DNA of 64,000 nucleotides from a virus (Duplodnaviria; Caudoviricetes): IMG/VR virus record IMGVR_UViG_3300042196_000418; one strand, 5' to 3'. Shown piece by piece: positions 19,923 to 30,092 of this stretch (position 1 is its first letter; each line of letters starts with the position of its first letter). The notes under the pieces were generated by a model. It saw only the letters and a program-made list of their open reading frames with translations, ran no database searches and was not told where the DNA came from. The position numbers and the translations under genes were made by a program.

Positions 19923-20903
19923 TCACCCGCGGCGAGAGCGCAGGCCGTCCGAAACGACCTCGTCGAGCCCGCGCCGCGGTCGCCAGCCGAGCTTCTCGGC
20001 GGCAAGTCCAGCAGAGGCTACAAGCTTGTGCGGATCACCTGCGCGCCTGGGACCGAACTCGTGAGGAACACGCCGTCCGGAAGCGTGTGCTACCGCATAG
20101 AGCACCTCCTTCACCGTCGAACCGCGCTCTGACCCGAGGTTCACCGCACCGACGGTGACGCCACGAGCGAGCGCCGAGAGCGCGGCGAGATGAGCGTCGG
20201 CAAGATCCATCACGTGCACGTAATCGCGCACGCACGTTCCGTCCCGTGTCGCGTAATCGTCACCGTGCACGACGAGCGGTGGCCGCGATCCAAGCGCCGC
20301 ATCGATTGCGAGCGGCACGAGATGCGTCTCGGGATCATGCCGCTCGTGTAGCGATCCGTCCGGGTGAGCCCCCGATGCATTGAAATATCGTAGCGCTGCC
20401 CAGCGGACCCCACGCGTTCGAGCGTACGACTCCAGTACGAGCTCGGCGGCGAGCTTGCTCGCGCCGTACGGATTGATCGGGCGCAGCGGCGCCAGCTCGA
20501 CAATCGGCGATCGCTCCGCCTGTCCGTACACCGCAGCGCTCGACGACAACACGAACGAGAGCGGACGTGTCGACTGCCACGTCGCAGCGTCGAGAAGATC
20601 AATCGTTCGCGTGAGATTCTGCTCGAAGTAGAGTGCGGGTTCGCGCATCGATTCGTCAACGCGGATACGTCCTGCAAAATGAACGATCGCGTCGACCTTC
20701 CGGTCTGAGACGAGCTGCGTAACGAGCGCGCGATCAGCAACGTCCCCAACGATCCGCTCGATCGTCTCGGGCAGCTGAGGCCAACCGGTCGACGTCGACA
20801 GATCGTCGAGCGCGACAACGGACAAGCCCGCATCGCTGGCGACGCGCGCGAAATGAGAGCCCACGAAGCCGGCAGAGCCAGTGACAAGAACGGTCGCTAC
20901 CAT
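19923..20903 (-). CDS. galE: UDP-glucose 4-epimerase
   Basis: GSAGFVGSH, SSSAAVYG, YGASK, LRYFN, DGTCVRDYVHV. Confidence 0.92.
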   Translation of the reverse strand: MVATVLVTGSAGFVGSHFARVASDAGLSVVALDDLSTSTGWPQLPETIERIVGDVADRALVTQLVSDRKVDAIVHFAGRIRVDESMREPALYFEQNLTRTIDLLDAATWQSTRPLSFVLSSSAAVYGQAERSPIVELAPLRPINPYGASKLAAELVLESYARTRGVRWAALRYFNASGAHPDGSLHERHDPETHLVPLAIDAALGSRPPLVVHGDDYATRDGTCVRDYVHVMDLADAHLAALSALARGVTVGAVNLGSERGSTVKEVLYAVAHASGRRVPHEFGPRRAGDPHKLVASAGLAAEKLGWRPRRGLDEVVSDGLRSRRG

Positions 20904-20912
20904 CGATCGTCC

Positions 20913-21143
20913 CTACGGAACACGGGCAAATATGACTTCGGTCGCATCAACAAGGGCATTGCTGTCCTTGTCGTCACTCAAACATCGAGCTGGCCGAAGC
21001 TCGAGCACGCGATACGCATGTCCAAGTTTCTTCTGAGCCTCCTCTTGTGTGAGGGTGCCTCTGTAGCAAACCCGCAGCTGATTCGGAAGAGCGTGCGGTG
21101 GGATGACCTTGAGGCCGTGACTGTCGTCGCTGAGGGGCATCAC
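20913..21143 (-). CDS. Hypothetical protein
   Basis: Fits between neighbours; AAGGAG upstream. Confidence 0.5.
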   Translation of the reverse strand: MMPLSDDSHGLKVIPPHALPNQLRVCYRGTLTQEEAQKKLGHAYRVLELRPARCLSDDKDSNALVDATEVIFARVP

Positions 21144-21160
21144 TGTCTCCTTGGATCGTC

Positions 21161-22084
21161 CTACGGACGCGCACCGTTAGGCCCGCCAGGTGGCGGCTGA
21201 CCCTGTTGTGGACCGCTAGCGCCTTTGTCGGGCGGTCTCACCAGATTCACAATCTCCATGAACATCATCTTCTGGGCCATATCAAGCGTCTGCATGAGGA
21301 CGCCGAGCTGATCCTGACGCAGTGACTGGTAAAAATCGCCGATCAGTATCGAGAGCGGCGACGCCTCACCGAGTTGCGCTGTGTCGTTATTGGTACCGAT
21401 CTTGGCCGCAACCACGGTGCCGATCTGGAGCAGCTTCGCGAAGCCCGCATTGGTGCGATTATTCTTCTCGGCCGCCATCGCGATCTGGAACTCGCGATCC
21501 ATCTTGTTCGAACGGGCCTCCTCCAGTTCCCTGCGCAGCGTCGCATTCTCGGCCGTCAGGGCCATGATCTGATCATGCATGTTCAGGTTCTGCTGCCCAA
21601 GCACCCGAATCGTGCCGTCGAACATCTGGGTGTTGATGCGCATCAACTGCCCGTTGTTGCTCGCGAGGATCTGAGCGACGGCTACGTCGCTTCCTTTAGA
21701 TCCCGCGCCACCGCCACCGCCATTGGGCACGAGCGCCGTCTCGTCACCGCCGGTGTAGCTCGGCGAAAGTGCAAACGCGTGGTTTGCGCGCTCACCAAGG
21801 TGCTGGTGCGTTCGCACGACAAATCGGTGCTTACCTGCCGGCTTGGCATCTACCTCGCCCTCTGCAATCTCGAGGATCTGGGTGACTAGCTTCTCGATGT
21901 TCACGAACTCTGCGAAGAAGTCGGGCTCATCCGCGCGCACCCATTTACGGATCGGCTCGTCGCGAAAACCGCCGCCAGGCGCGTAGACCAGCTCGACAGC
22001 CACGAGCTGGCGGTTGTCCTTCCGACCCCATTCGGTCATCAAGAACTGGAGCATCTTGGAGTGCATCTCCGCGTTGTCGCCCAT
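21161..22084 (-). CDS. Hypothetical coiled-coil protein
   Basis: Long ORF with heptad region ALTAENATLRRELEE. Confidence 0.7.
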   Translation of the reverse strand: MGDNAEMHSKMLQFLMTEWGRKDNRQLVAVELVYAPGGGFRDEPIRKWVRADEPDFFAEFVNIEKLVTQILEIAEGEVDAKPAGKHRFVVRTHQHLGERANHAFALSPSYTGGDETALVPNGGGGGAGSKGSDVAVAQILASNNGQLMRINTQMFDGTIRVLGQQNLNMHDQIMALTAENATLRRELEEARSNKMDREFQIAMAAEKNNRTNAGFAKLLQIGTVVAAKIGTNNDTAQLGEASPLSILIGDFYQSLRQDQLGVLMQTLDMAQKMMFMEIVNLVRPPDKGASGPQQGQPPPGGPNGARP

Positions 22085-22197
22085 CGACCGATCTGTACCA
22101 CGGGCGACAAGATCGACGGATAGGTGCGAGAGCCGACGCAGATCCCGGACTATTCGCGATCCGCCGACCGCCGAGCCCGAGCTGATACGATCGAAGC

Positions 22198-22698
22198 ATG
22201 AAGAAGCACGAACTTGCCGAGCGCGTAACCGCCGCAGTAATGCGCGAGATCCACGATGGAAGTCCTATCGAACGATCGAGATCCTTCCTGCCGCTGTCGA
22301 CAAACGAGCTGATCTTGCCAGCACAATGCGCGGAAATAACCGCTACTCCGCAGAGGCCATTTCGTGGAGACCGTCTCGCGATCTGGAGCGGTTGCGCCGC
22401 TAGCTTTTTCATCAACGCCATTCGTACTGGAATCCAGTACCAGGGAGCCCAGGCGGGAGACATTCCTGCCGATGCGTTCGCGACCCGCCTCGACCTCCTG
22501 CCGATACTCGACGCGAAGTTTCAGAAGGATGGCTTCGTCGAGGTTCGGATCAGCAAGCGCGCCGAGGAATGCTTCGGTCAGCAGCTCGCAATGCCGCTGT
22601 GTCCTCTCGGGGGCAAGGTCATCCTCGTGGTGACCAATGTCGGGGACAAACCGCTGTCGTTTACCAGCGTGATCCTCGGCGACGTGGAATATCAGTAG
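22198..22698 (+). CDS. Diverged single shell-domain protein
   Basis: FLPLST..ILPAQCAEITATPQRPFR..GDIPADAFAT..VILVVTNVG..FTSVILG. Confidence 0.75.
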   Translation: MKKHELAERVTAAVMREIHDGSPIERSRSFLPLSTNELILPAQCAEITATPQRPFRGDRLAIWSGCAASFFINAIRTGIQYQGAQAGDIPADAFATRLDLLPILDAKFQKDGFVEVRISKRAEECFGQQLAMPLCPLGGKVILVVTNVGDKPLSFTSVILGDVEYQ

Positions 22699-22991
22699 TC
22701 GACTGGCCTACGTGCTCAGCGTTGGCCGCGAATACCAAGAGCGCGCTTGAAGGCGCTCGGCGCGACTTCCACGTTGTTAGGATGGGTCCCGGAGGCTCCG
22801 TGCTGCTCCTCCCAATAGATCACCGGGTACGTGACGAGGCGTCCGCCTTCTTCGTAGACGTTACGATCGATCACGATACCGAGCTGCCCCTTCACATCCC
22901 CAGGATGCACTCGGTACCAGTGCTTGCTCCGACGAACCAGCGTTCCATTCCTGTCTTGGGGTTGGTGATCTTCTTCTTCGCCATCGCGGTG

Positions 22992-23510
22992 CTAGCGCTT
23001 CCGGCTGAGCGCTTCCTTGATGTCACGGTCCAGCTCTGCCGCCGTGAGCGGACGACCCAGCTCCTGGATCTTGGTCGTCGGCGCCTTCAGCGTCTCGGCG
23101 TAGGCGTGCGTGTAGCCCCTGTCGAAGTCCTCGATGTCTTCTCCCCTGCGGAGGTTCGCCTGGAGATTGTGGAGGGCCAGCGCGGCGAACGACTTGCCGT
23201 GCTTGAGGACATTTTCGGCCGCGGCCCGTGCCCCATGGCGCTCGCCGCGCAACCATTCCCCAGACAGCACGCGCTTCGCCTTCGTTGCGTGATGTCGCGA
23301 TGCTGGCAACTTCTTCGTCGCGTGGTGCCGCTTTGAGGGTGGACGTCCCCATTCAGCGGGATCAACGTCAGCCTCCCAGTCGCGTCGTGCTTCGCCGAAG
23401 TCGCCAGGTCCAAGGCCGTGACCTTGCGCGAAGGATGCCGCACGAATCCACTGCGCGAGCGTGAGGCCGCTCGCGTTCGTAACGAAGGATTCAGCCCGTT
23501 TACGCGCCAT
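22992..23510 (-). CDS. Hypothetical protein with HHATK repeats and C-terminal tag (AELDRDIKEAL)
   Basis: Direct translation. Confidence 0.75.
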   Translation of the reverse strand: MARKRAESFVTNASGLTLAQWIRAASFAQGHGLGPGDFGEARRDWEADVDPAEWGRPPSKRHHATKKLPASRHHATKAKRVLSGEWLRGERHGARAAAENVLKHGKSFAALALHNLQANLRRGEDIEDFDRGYTHAYAETLKAPTTKIQELGRPLTAAELDRDIKEALSRKR

Positions 23511-23727
23511 GCGCCGAGTTTATCGCCGACGGAGACAAAACGCGACACCTGCGCGCGTTCTGTCCCCGGCTACTTGACGAGCTTCAGGACTGCTTCCCTC
23601 GGCCGATCCTCGACAGCGGTCTCGTCCTCGAAATCATCCGGCGGGTGAGCGCGACCATCCTCCAGGTCGACCAAGGCGTCTTCGGTCACCTGTACAGTGT
23701 CTTGGTCATCGGTTCTCAATCGAGTCT

Positions 23728-24516
23728 TCAGCGACGATCCGCGCGAAGTTCCTCGCGTACGATCTGCCTCAAGGCCGAGCGATCATCGGCGATCTGAGCC
23801 TTCGCCCTGAGATTTCGGATCGCCCCATAGAGTCCGGCAACGCCCATGATCCCGAGTGCCGTGAGCGCACCGATCTTGAGCACGCCTAGAATGGCAACCG
23901 CCTCCGACCCCTTACCTTCGTCGCTACGCTGCCAGATCGTTTTTGGCAGGGGTGCCGGCTCCACGCTCTGGAGCGTGACACCATGGGCCCGAGCAAGTGA
24001 TCGCAACTGCTTGAGTCGATCCCACCATTGCTCGAACGTCTCCCAGCTCGTCGCGATCTTGTTCCACCACGAGCTTTTCTCGTGTGTAACGAACTCACCC
24101 CACTCCGCGAGTGTGGGCGTCACGTCCGCTGCAATCCACTGAGCGATCGTGTTGGCGTCGGGATCCCCCGTGTTCGTCGTCAACCACACCGCCAGATCGT
24201 TCGTGAGAGCTCGAAAGCCCGTCGTAAGTTGGGCGATCGCACGATCGCGGTCGGCGGCTGTGTGGAATAGTTCCTGGCCGATCTGGGCGGCAGGTTTTTC
24301 AGCCTCCCCACGTCCGCCGATCCCGCGGGTCGCGGTCCAGAGGCGCTTGGCACCGCGACTGGCTTGGAAGGCATCGCTGACGACCGGCATGACGGGGCGA
24401 AGCACGGCGCCGACCGTTCGATCGCGTGCGTAGTCGATGGTCTGATCGGCGGCCCAGCTCGCGATCCAGTCGCGATCGCGATCCAGGGGGCCGTAGCTGC
24501 CGCGATCTCGCGTCAT
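23728..24516 (-). CDS. Membrane protein (C-terminal TM), paralog of the C-terminal half of 30365-31546
   Basis: ATGA overlap at 24513-24516; HxxxDR..W..W..LR..A...G..P..LP.TxW shared; N-terminal RGSYG. Confidence 0.75.
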   Translation of the reverse strand: MTRDRGSYGPLDRDRDWIASWAADQTIDYARDRTVGAVLRPVMPVVSDAFQASRGAKRLWTATRGIGGRGEAEKPAAQIGQELFHTAADRDRAIAQLTTGFRALTNDLAVWLTTNTGDPDANTIAQWIAADVTPTLAEWGEFVTHEKSSWWNKIATSWETFEQWWDRLKQLRSLARAHGVTLQSVEPAPLPKTIWQRSDEGKGSEAVAILGVLKIGALTALGIMGVAGLYGAIRNLRAKAQIADDRSALRQIVREELRADRR

Positions 24517-25070
24517 CGTTCGTAGTCCTGAGTATAGCCGCGACCGACACGCCACGGCGCTCCATACTCACCGCGCGCATTGCCAGACACGCGCGGCGCG
24601 GGCGCGAAAGATTTCGCGCTGGCTGGCTGTTTCTCCGGGAACAACGGAGGCGGAGCAGTCTTCCAGATGGAAATACCCGCTTTCTTAATCTGTGTCTCTG
24701 CGACATCCGCTGGACCGCTGATCACATCTCCTCGAACCTTCAAGATCATGTCGTCACGGCCACCCGCCTTGATTCGCACGATCATCTCTTCGAGTGAGTA
24801 GATCTTGCCCTCTGGTCCCCTGAAGGCTGCCGTCTTGTCGTCGAGCATCGTCGGACCCACCATCACGAACTCAAGCCGTTGCTCGTCTCTCGGCATCGGG
24901 GGCATCGAAGACGGAGCTGCCCCTTCATCGCGAGCTGCCCCGCGTCCCCCGCCGAATCCTCCGCCTCCACCAAAGCCCAGGTTCCGGATCAGAAGGTACA
25001 GCCCATAGCCTACGCCGAGACCCAGGCCGAACTTGACCACACCTTCCGCGGCAGAACTTTCAGCCACCAC
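24513..25070 (-). CDS. N-terminally anchored membrane protein with ExbD/TolR-like C-domain
   Basis: TM GLGLGVGYGLYLLI; MILKVRGDV..IKKAGI resembles the ExbD/TolR periplasmic domain. Confidence 0.45.
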   Translation of the reverse strand: MVAESSAAEGVVKFGLGLGVGYGLYLLIRNLGFGGGGGFGGGRGAARDEGAAPSSMPPMPRDEQRLEFVMVGPTMLDDKTAAFRGPEGKIYSLEEMIVRIKAGGRDDMILKVRGDVISGPADVAETQIKKAGISIWKTAPPPLFPEKQPASAKSFAPAPRVSGNARGEYGAPWRVGRGYTQDYER

Positions 25071-25106
25071 GCACCTCCATCATTGCGGTCACGCCTGCAC
25101 GACAAA

Positions 25107-26015
25107 TCATCCGATTACACCCTTCATGAGCGGATCGATTTTCTTCCAGATCTCTTCGCACGTCACCATGCCGAAGTATCCACCTTTGCCGGCCGTCACG
25201 ATCAACTTCACGACGGATGCCTTGGGATCCCACACCGCCCGAAGCTTCACGTCGTACTGACGCGTGTCGATGCTCCACGGATTATCGCCCGTGACGGCCA
25301 TTCCCTCGGAGCGAAGCTTGGCCAGGAGCGTGTTCTTGATCCGCTCCGTGACGCGCGGATACGAGCGCACGCCGCACTGGCCGATGCCGAGGCTGGCAAG
25401 CGCCGCGGCGATCTTCTTCTCGCGCTCAAGCACCTTAGCCGCACTCTGCGCCGCCTCTTGACGCTGGGCTTCGGTCTGCGCGTTCTGGGCAGCCGCCGCC
25501 GTGTTCTTGGCCGCATCCTGATTCGCCTCGATGGCCTGGGCTGCGTGATCCACAGCAGCGTCCGCGGCTGCTTGCGCAGCGTTCGCCTGCGCCTCAGCAG
25601 GCGTGGACGGGGGCGTGTAGGATGGGGGCGGAATCCATGCAGATGCCGGCTCGGGCGTCGGGACTGTCGGCTGCGCGGGCAGAGGCTGTGGTGTGGGCGT
25701 TGGTGCTGGCGTCGGCTGCACAGGCATCGGCGCTGGAGCCCACGGCACAGGAGCAGGCATCGGCGCCAACTGCATAGGTGGCGCGGGTGTTGACCACGCT
25801 TGTTGTCTGGCGGCGTCTGCTTGCTGCGCGTGTCGGACAGCGGTCGCTGCGACGATGTTCGCGTTTCCGAGGCGCACATCCGCAGTCTGGTGCGCCGTGT
25901 TCGCAGCTTGGATCGCGCGAATGTAGGCGTCGACGCGCGAACGCGTTCGTGGTGAGAGCTCGTACACCGTCAGTGCCGCACCAAGACCGAGCGCGAGGAA
26001 GAGCAGCGGAATCAT
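25107..26015 (-). CDS. Membrane-anchored Pro-rich/coiled-coil protein
   Basis: N-terminal TM, Pro linker, Ala/Gln helix; C-domain shared with N-domain of 30365-31546. Confidence 0.75.
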   Translation of the reverse strand: MIPLLFLALGLGAALTVYELSPRTRSRVDAYIRAIQAANTAHQTADVRLGNANIVAATAVRHAQQADAARQQAWSTPAPPMQLAPMPAPVPWAPAPMPVQPTPAPTPTPQPLPAQPTVPTPEPASAWIPPPSYTPPSTPAEAQANAAQAAADAAVDHAAQAIEANQDAAKNTAAAAQNAQTEAQRQEAAQSAAKVLEREKKIAAALASLGIGQCGVRSYPRVTERIKNTLLAKLRSEGMAVTGDNPWSIDTRQYDVKLRAVWDPKASVVKLIVTAGKGGYFGMVTCEEIWKKIDPLMKGVIG

Positions 26016-26025
26016 GATGTTCCCT

Positions 26026-26229
26026 TCACGGGATATTCACGATTTCGTCGAGGAAATCCCGCTCGTCGAACTGGAGCGCGTGCTCGCTTCCGGGCGTCTT
26101 GCGCTGCGCGGCCTCGCGAAGCTGCTCGACCGCACGCGACGCGGTGCGCACAGCGCTGATCGGATCACCATCACGATCGAAAATGAGCGCATAGGTCGTC
26201 GCCCACACGAGGCGCTCGCCGTCGGTCAC
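26026..26229 (-). CDS. Small hypothetical protein
   Basis: Coupled to upstream ORF. Confidence 0.5.
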   Translation of the reverse strand: MTDGERLVWATTYALIFDRDGDPISAVRTASRAVEQLREAAQRKTPGSEHALQFDERDFLDEIVNIP

Positions 26230-26444
26230 CGACGTCTCCTACGTGACGGCTTGGTCCTCATCTCGAGGCGCGCACGATCCTCGTTCCCGAGACGAACCTG
26301 ACTAGCGTTCCAGTCCGTGATGCAGTCACCGAGAGTCTTCGGACAACCCATGCCCGAGCGGAACTCGTCGGGCGTCAACGAACTGCGCCGCTTGCCCTCC
26401 GCGCTCTCGATGACAACGAGGAAGTCCTTGAACACGTCCGCCAC
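26226..26444 (-). CDS. Small hypothetical protein
   Basis: GTG start with purine-rich upstream sequence; overlaps next gene. Confidence 0.45.
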   Translation of the reverse strand: MADVFKDFLVVIESAEGKRRSSLTPDEFRSGMGCPKTLGDCITDWNASQVRLGNEDRARLEMRTKPSRRRRR

Positions 26445-26455
26445 GGGGCACCTAC

Positions 26456-26848
26456 CTACACCTTCTCGGCGATCAGACCCATCCCTGCCCACAGCGCCGA
26501 GCGTGTGAAGTCCACGCAGCCTTCCGAGAGGCGGGCAAGGGAGTCGTCACGTCCGTAGTCCCACGATCGAGTGAGCAGCTGACGATCAATCTTGCAGCCC
26601 ACGTACTCGACGCCAGTCCCGAGGATCGCGTAGGCGAGACCGCGCGCGAGGATCGGCCACTTGGAGACGAACGGCGCCGCAGCCGTCAGCGCCAGACCGT
26701 TCGCCGCGTAGATCGGCATGAACGGAATCTTGGCTCCGCGGAAGACCGCGGAGTACCTGTCCGTGCGGCACAGTGCGTTCTCCGCGACCCAGCCGGCCAC
26801 ACCGAACATCGTAACCTTCGCGATGATGTCTCCTACGTTCGTCGCCAT
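26456..26848 (-). CDS. CmpB-like (putative ABC type IV permease family) membrane protein, paralog 1
   Basis: FGVAGWVAE, PFMPIY, EYVG, WDY, SALW. Confidence 0.65.
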   Translation of the reverse strand: MATNVGDIIAKVTMFGVAGWVAENALCRTDRYSAVFRGAKIPFMPIYAANGLALTAAAPFVSKWPILARGLAYAILGTGVEYVGCKIDRQLLTRSWDYGRDDSLARLSEGCVDFTRSALWAGMGLIAEKV

Positions 26849-27444
26849 CAGCTTCTCCTATCTCGGGACCTGACGCGCCTGATCGCGGCGTCGAGGATCG
26901 GGTTTGTCCATCCGCTCGTTACGCAGTACGCGCGGTCGAGCAGAGCATGATGCTGACGATGCTCCTCAGGGGAAAGCACGGCGCTCGTCTTCTGCAAGGC
27001 ACGTACAAGCAGCGGAGGCGCAGCGGTATGCGCCCACCGGTGGAAGATGTTGGTGGCGAGGACTGCGATCGCCAGCGCCACAATGCCGATCGCCAGGTGC
27101 GGAGCGAGGGGTGCCCACGGCAATGTCACGCCGAGCATCGTCGAGCTCACGATTGCATTGTTGCCGCACAGCTCGAAGATGTCGTGCTCCGTGAGAGCTT
27201 CGGGACGCACGTGGTGATCGCGAAAGGGCCGAATGAAGGCCGGACCAATCAACGGCCATGATGCATCAGCCACCTCGTCGCAGTACCAATGCGCGGCACC
27301 ACAGAAGAAGTCGGCCGCAACATAGCCGCCGATCGCCGCGAGACCGCCCCCGAGGTCGACACCAGACGACGCGCGCACAAGCGCCCAGATCGCCAAGAGC
27401 GGCGTGACGATCACGGCGAAAATCTCAAGGTGCCGGTGCTTCAT
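26848..27444 (-). CDS. CarF/TMEM189 (Kua/FAD4)-family lipid desaturase
   Basis: ADFFCGAAHW, FRDHH, FHRWAH, EHRQHH, YCVTSGWTNPILD His boxes; start MKHRH at 27444. Confidence 0.85.
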   Translation of the reverse strand: MKHRHLEIFAVIVTPLLAIWALVRASSGVDLGGGLAAIGGYVAADFFCGAAHWYCDEVADASWPLIGPAFIRPFRDHHVRPEALTEHDIFELCGNNAIVSSTMLGVTLPWAPLAPHLAIGIVALAIAVLATNIFHRWAHTAAPPLLVRALQKTSAVLSPEEHRQHHALLDRAYCVTSGWTNPILDAAIRRVRSRDRRS

Positions 27445-27457
27445 CGGCGTGAGTCGA

Positions 27458-27904
27458 TCATGTGAGTTTCTCGGCAACAAGACCGAGGCCGCCCCAGAGC
27501 GCGGAGTGCCGCCAGCTGATGCATCCGTCGGTACTCTCCGCGAGGCCGTCGATCTTGCCGTAGTCCCATGACCGGCCGTCGAAGACCTTACGATCGAGCT
27601 GACAGCCGGCATACTCGATCGCGGTGCCGATCGCCGCGTAGACGAGCGCGCGAATCAGCAAAGGCTTCCCAGCGAGCCGCGGAGCCGTCGCGATCACCGC
27701 GAGGCCACCAGCCACATAGACCGGCAAGAGGGGCACCTTGTGCCCCTGAAACACGGGAGAGTAACGCGGGCCGTAGAGAAGGTTCTCACCCGCCCAGCCG
27801 GCCACGCCGAACAGGGCGGCCTTAGCAACGACGGCTTCGACCGTCGTCGCCGCGGGAGCCGCCACCTGGCTCGGCGAACGCGTCGTCAAAGCACTGGGCA
27901 TCAC
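27458..27904 (-). CDS. CmpB-like membrane protein, paralog 2
   Basis: Aligns end to end with 26456-26848. Confidence 0.65.
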   Translation of the reverse strand: MMPSALTTRSPSQVAAPAATTVEAVVAKAALFGVAGWAGENLLYGPRYSPVFQGHKVPLLPVYVAGGLAVIATAPRLAGKPLLIRALVYAAIGTAIEYAGCQLDRKVFDGRSWDYGKIDGLAESTDGCISWRHSALWGGLGLVAEKLT

Positions 27905-27910
27905 GACAGT

Positions 27911-30058
27911 TTACCCCCAGCCCATCGTCGCTGAAAACTCCCGAGCGTCGGTGCCGGGCCGCGTCGTTCCGCCGATCTCCTCGTCTTGAATGAACGCGTT
28001 CCCCGCGGCGTCCTTCTCGTAGGCTGCGGCATACGTGAAGCTGCCCCGGTTGCGCGTAATGTGCTGCAACCAGTCGACGGCGTCGTCAAGGTTGCGGAAC
28101 CCGCGTCCGTGGAGCTGGCCCTCCGTCGTGATGAGAACGCCGGCAGCAATGCCGGGCTTGGTCACCGCGTGTGCGCGCGCCTTCTCGCGAACGTCATCGA
28201 GCGCAGCACCAACGATGTCGTACCAGCCAGCCGCCGTTGTCGGAGACAACGTCCCCGGGCCGCGCCCGGTCGCCTTCTCCCAGAGCTTGGCGCCGGTCTC
28301 CGACTTCATCAGTTCTTGAGCAAACGTCTGGGCGAGAACGTCGAACGTCGACTTGGCCGCCGGATCACCTTGCTCGGCGGCTGTCACCAGCGTGTGAATA
28401 TCCTCCTGGGCCTTGGGATCGCCGGCAGCTGCCCGCTGCGCCGTATCTTTGACGTGATACGCGACGGCAGTGTTCTTGACTGCCTGGTTCGCAGCCGCGA
28501 GCGCTTGGGCCTTGGCAGGATCGGACGCTGCCTCCTGGTTGATCTGCTGGAGAGCCTGCTGGGCGGCAGCTTTCTTCTTGGGATCCCCCTTGGGATCAAG
28601 CGCGTTCGCTTGGAGATTGGTGATCGTCGGAGCCAGCTTCGCCGCCGCGGCACCTGCTGCCGGACCGCCGTAGGCCGTCGCGACACCCGTGGCAACCGTC
28701 GAGATCACCGGCCCGAGCTTGCGCATGGTGCCTCCGATCGCACCGCCAATGTCGGAGAGCCAGCTTCCGGTCATGGTCGCGACATGGCGGCCGACCATCA
28801 CACCAACCATTGCGTCACCCGCGGCACCGATCGCGTTTTCGATCGTGCTCACGACGGTCGACGGCAGCTCCGCCGGAGCTTGCATGCCCTGGTGCCACCG
28901 GGCGAGCTTCTCCATCACCAGCGCGATCGCCGGCCCGAGGTTCATCGACGTTCGGTAACATTTGCCATCGACGCAGATCTCGACGTGGAGAACCTGCTTG
29001 TCGTCGAACTCCTTCTTCACCGTGATCCCGCCAGTAGCAGGAGCGATGATCGGAGCAACCTCGGCGAGCAGACCCTTGCGCGGCGCCACCGGTGCAATCG
29101 AAGTCCCCGGAGCAGGAACGACGATCGGCGCGGCTGCCGAGGGAGGCATCTGTGCTTCAGCACCGACGAAGCCAAAGGGTCCGTAGTAGGGATACCCGTA
29201 GCGTCCATAGAAGGCCCCAGGCGCCGATAGCGCGGTGAGCTCGGCTCCGATGATGTTGGTCATATTTGCCCCAATGATGTCGACCCAGCCGGCTACCGCA
29301 CCACCCGCACCACCCGCACCACCCGCACCACCCGCACCACCCGCGCCACCCGCCGCCGCGCCCTTGCTCTGCTCGCGATCGATAACGTCCGCGAGCTGAA
29401 GCGCCTGCTGAGCTTGCACATCACCACGAGCAGCCGCTTGCCGGAGGTTATCCATCGCGCGCTTAGCGTCTGGATTACCGGCCTTCGCGTCGTTCACGAT
29501 CTTGGCGATGTGATAAGTGGTCGCGGTTTTCTGGATCGCGTCTTGGGCGACGTCGACGGCCGGAGCCAAGCTCGGATCAGCCTCTTGCACCGCAGTCTTC
29601 ACCTGCTGGAGCTGCCGTTTGGCCTCGGCCTCTTTCTTCTTGTCCTTGGTGCCGAGGTTCGACAGGTAGGGCTGGATCGCGCCCGCAGCCGCACCAGCCG
29701 CAGGGCCGCCGTAGTATGTCGCCACCGCCGTCGCCGCCACCTTGACGTAGGGCTCGAGGCCCTGGTCCTTGATGAACTGATTGGTCGCGGATGTCCCGGT
29801 GTACTTGAGGACCGCGTTCTTGACGCTGTCGAAAAATCCCGAAACGACAGGATCGGCGCCAACGAAAACGCCGTCGAAGAGCTGCCGCGTCGTGCTGTCG
29901 TCGTCCGCGTAGTGGATCCAGCTCGGAACCTCCGTGTAGAAGGGGTGCCCATAGCGGGGACGTGGCAGGACGATGTCGCCGAACGCGTCGGTGACGATGA
30001 CGGACCAAGGATCGCGGCTGTTCATAGATGTTCCTGCCCCTTCATCATATCCCCTCAA
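27911..30058 (-). CDS. Large Ala/Gly-rich putative structural protein with duplicated YGGPAAGAAA module
   Basis: Two VATxYGGPAAGAAA helical modules; GWVDIIG and GWYDIVG motifs; C-domain shared with 32202-34004. Confidence 0.75.
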   Translation of the reverse strand: MRGYDEGAGTSMNSRDPWSVIVTDAFGDIVLPRPRYGHPFYTEVPSWIHYADDDSTTRQLFDGVFVGADPVVSGFFDSVKNAVLKYTGTSATNQFIKDQGLEPYVKVAATAVATYYGGPAAGAAAGAIQPYLSNLGTKDKKKEAEAKRQLQQVKTAVQEADPSLAPAVDVAQDAIQKTATTYHIAKIVNDAKAGNPDAKRAMDNLRQAAARGDVQAQQALQLADVIDREQSKGAAAGGAGGAGGAGGAGGAGGAVAGWVDIIGANMTNIIGAELTALSAPGAFYGRYGYPYYGPFGFVGAEAQMPPSAAAPIVVPAPGTSIAPVAPRKGLLAEVAPIIAPATGGITVKKEFDDKQVLHVEICVDGKCYRTSMNLGPAIALVMEKLARWHQGMQAPAELPSTVVSTIENAIGAAGDAMVGVMVGRHVATMTGSWLSDIGGAIGGTMRKLGPVISTVATGVATAYGGPAAGAAAAKLAPTITNLQANALDPKGDPKKKAAAQQALQQINQEAASDPAKAQALAAANQAVKNTAVAYHVKDTAQRAAAGDPKAQEDIHTLVTAAEQGDPAAKSTFDVLAQTFAQELMKSETGAKLWEKATGRGPGTLSPTTAAGWYDIVGAALDDVREKARAHAVTKPGIAAGVLITTEGQLHGRGFRNLDDAVDWLQHITRNRGSFTYAAAYEKDAAGNAFIQDEEIGGTTRPGTDAREFSATMGWG

Positions 30059-30092
30059 CGGCGCGCGGGCATCTTATCGACAAGGACCGCGA

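Noticed and set aside
22716-22984. MAKKKITNPK... start at 22984 that stops after 30 codons, overlapping the ORF 22716-22910 in another frame
   Set aside because: Could be a frameshifted small gene or a read error; no slippery site or homology evidence to call it
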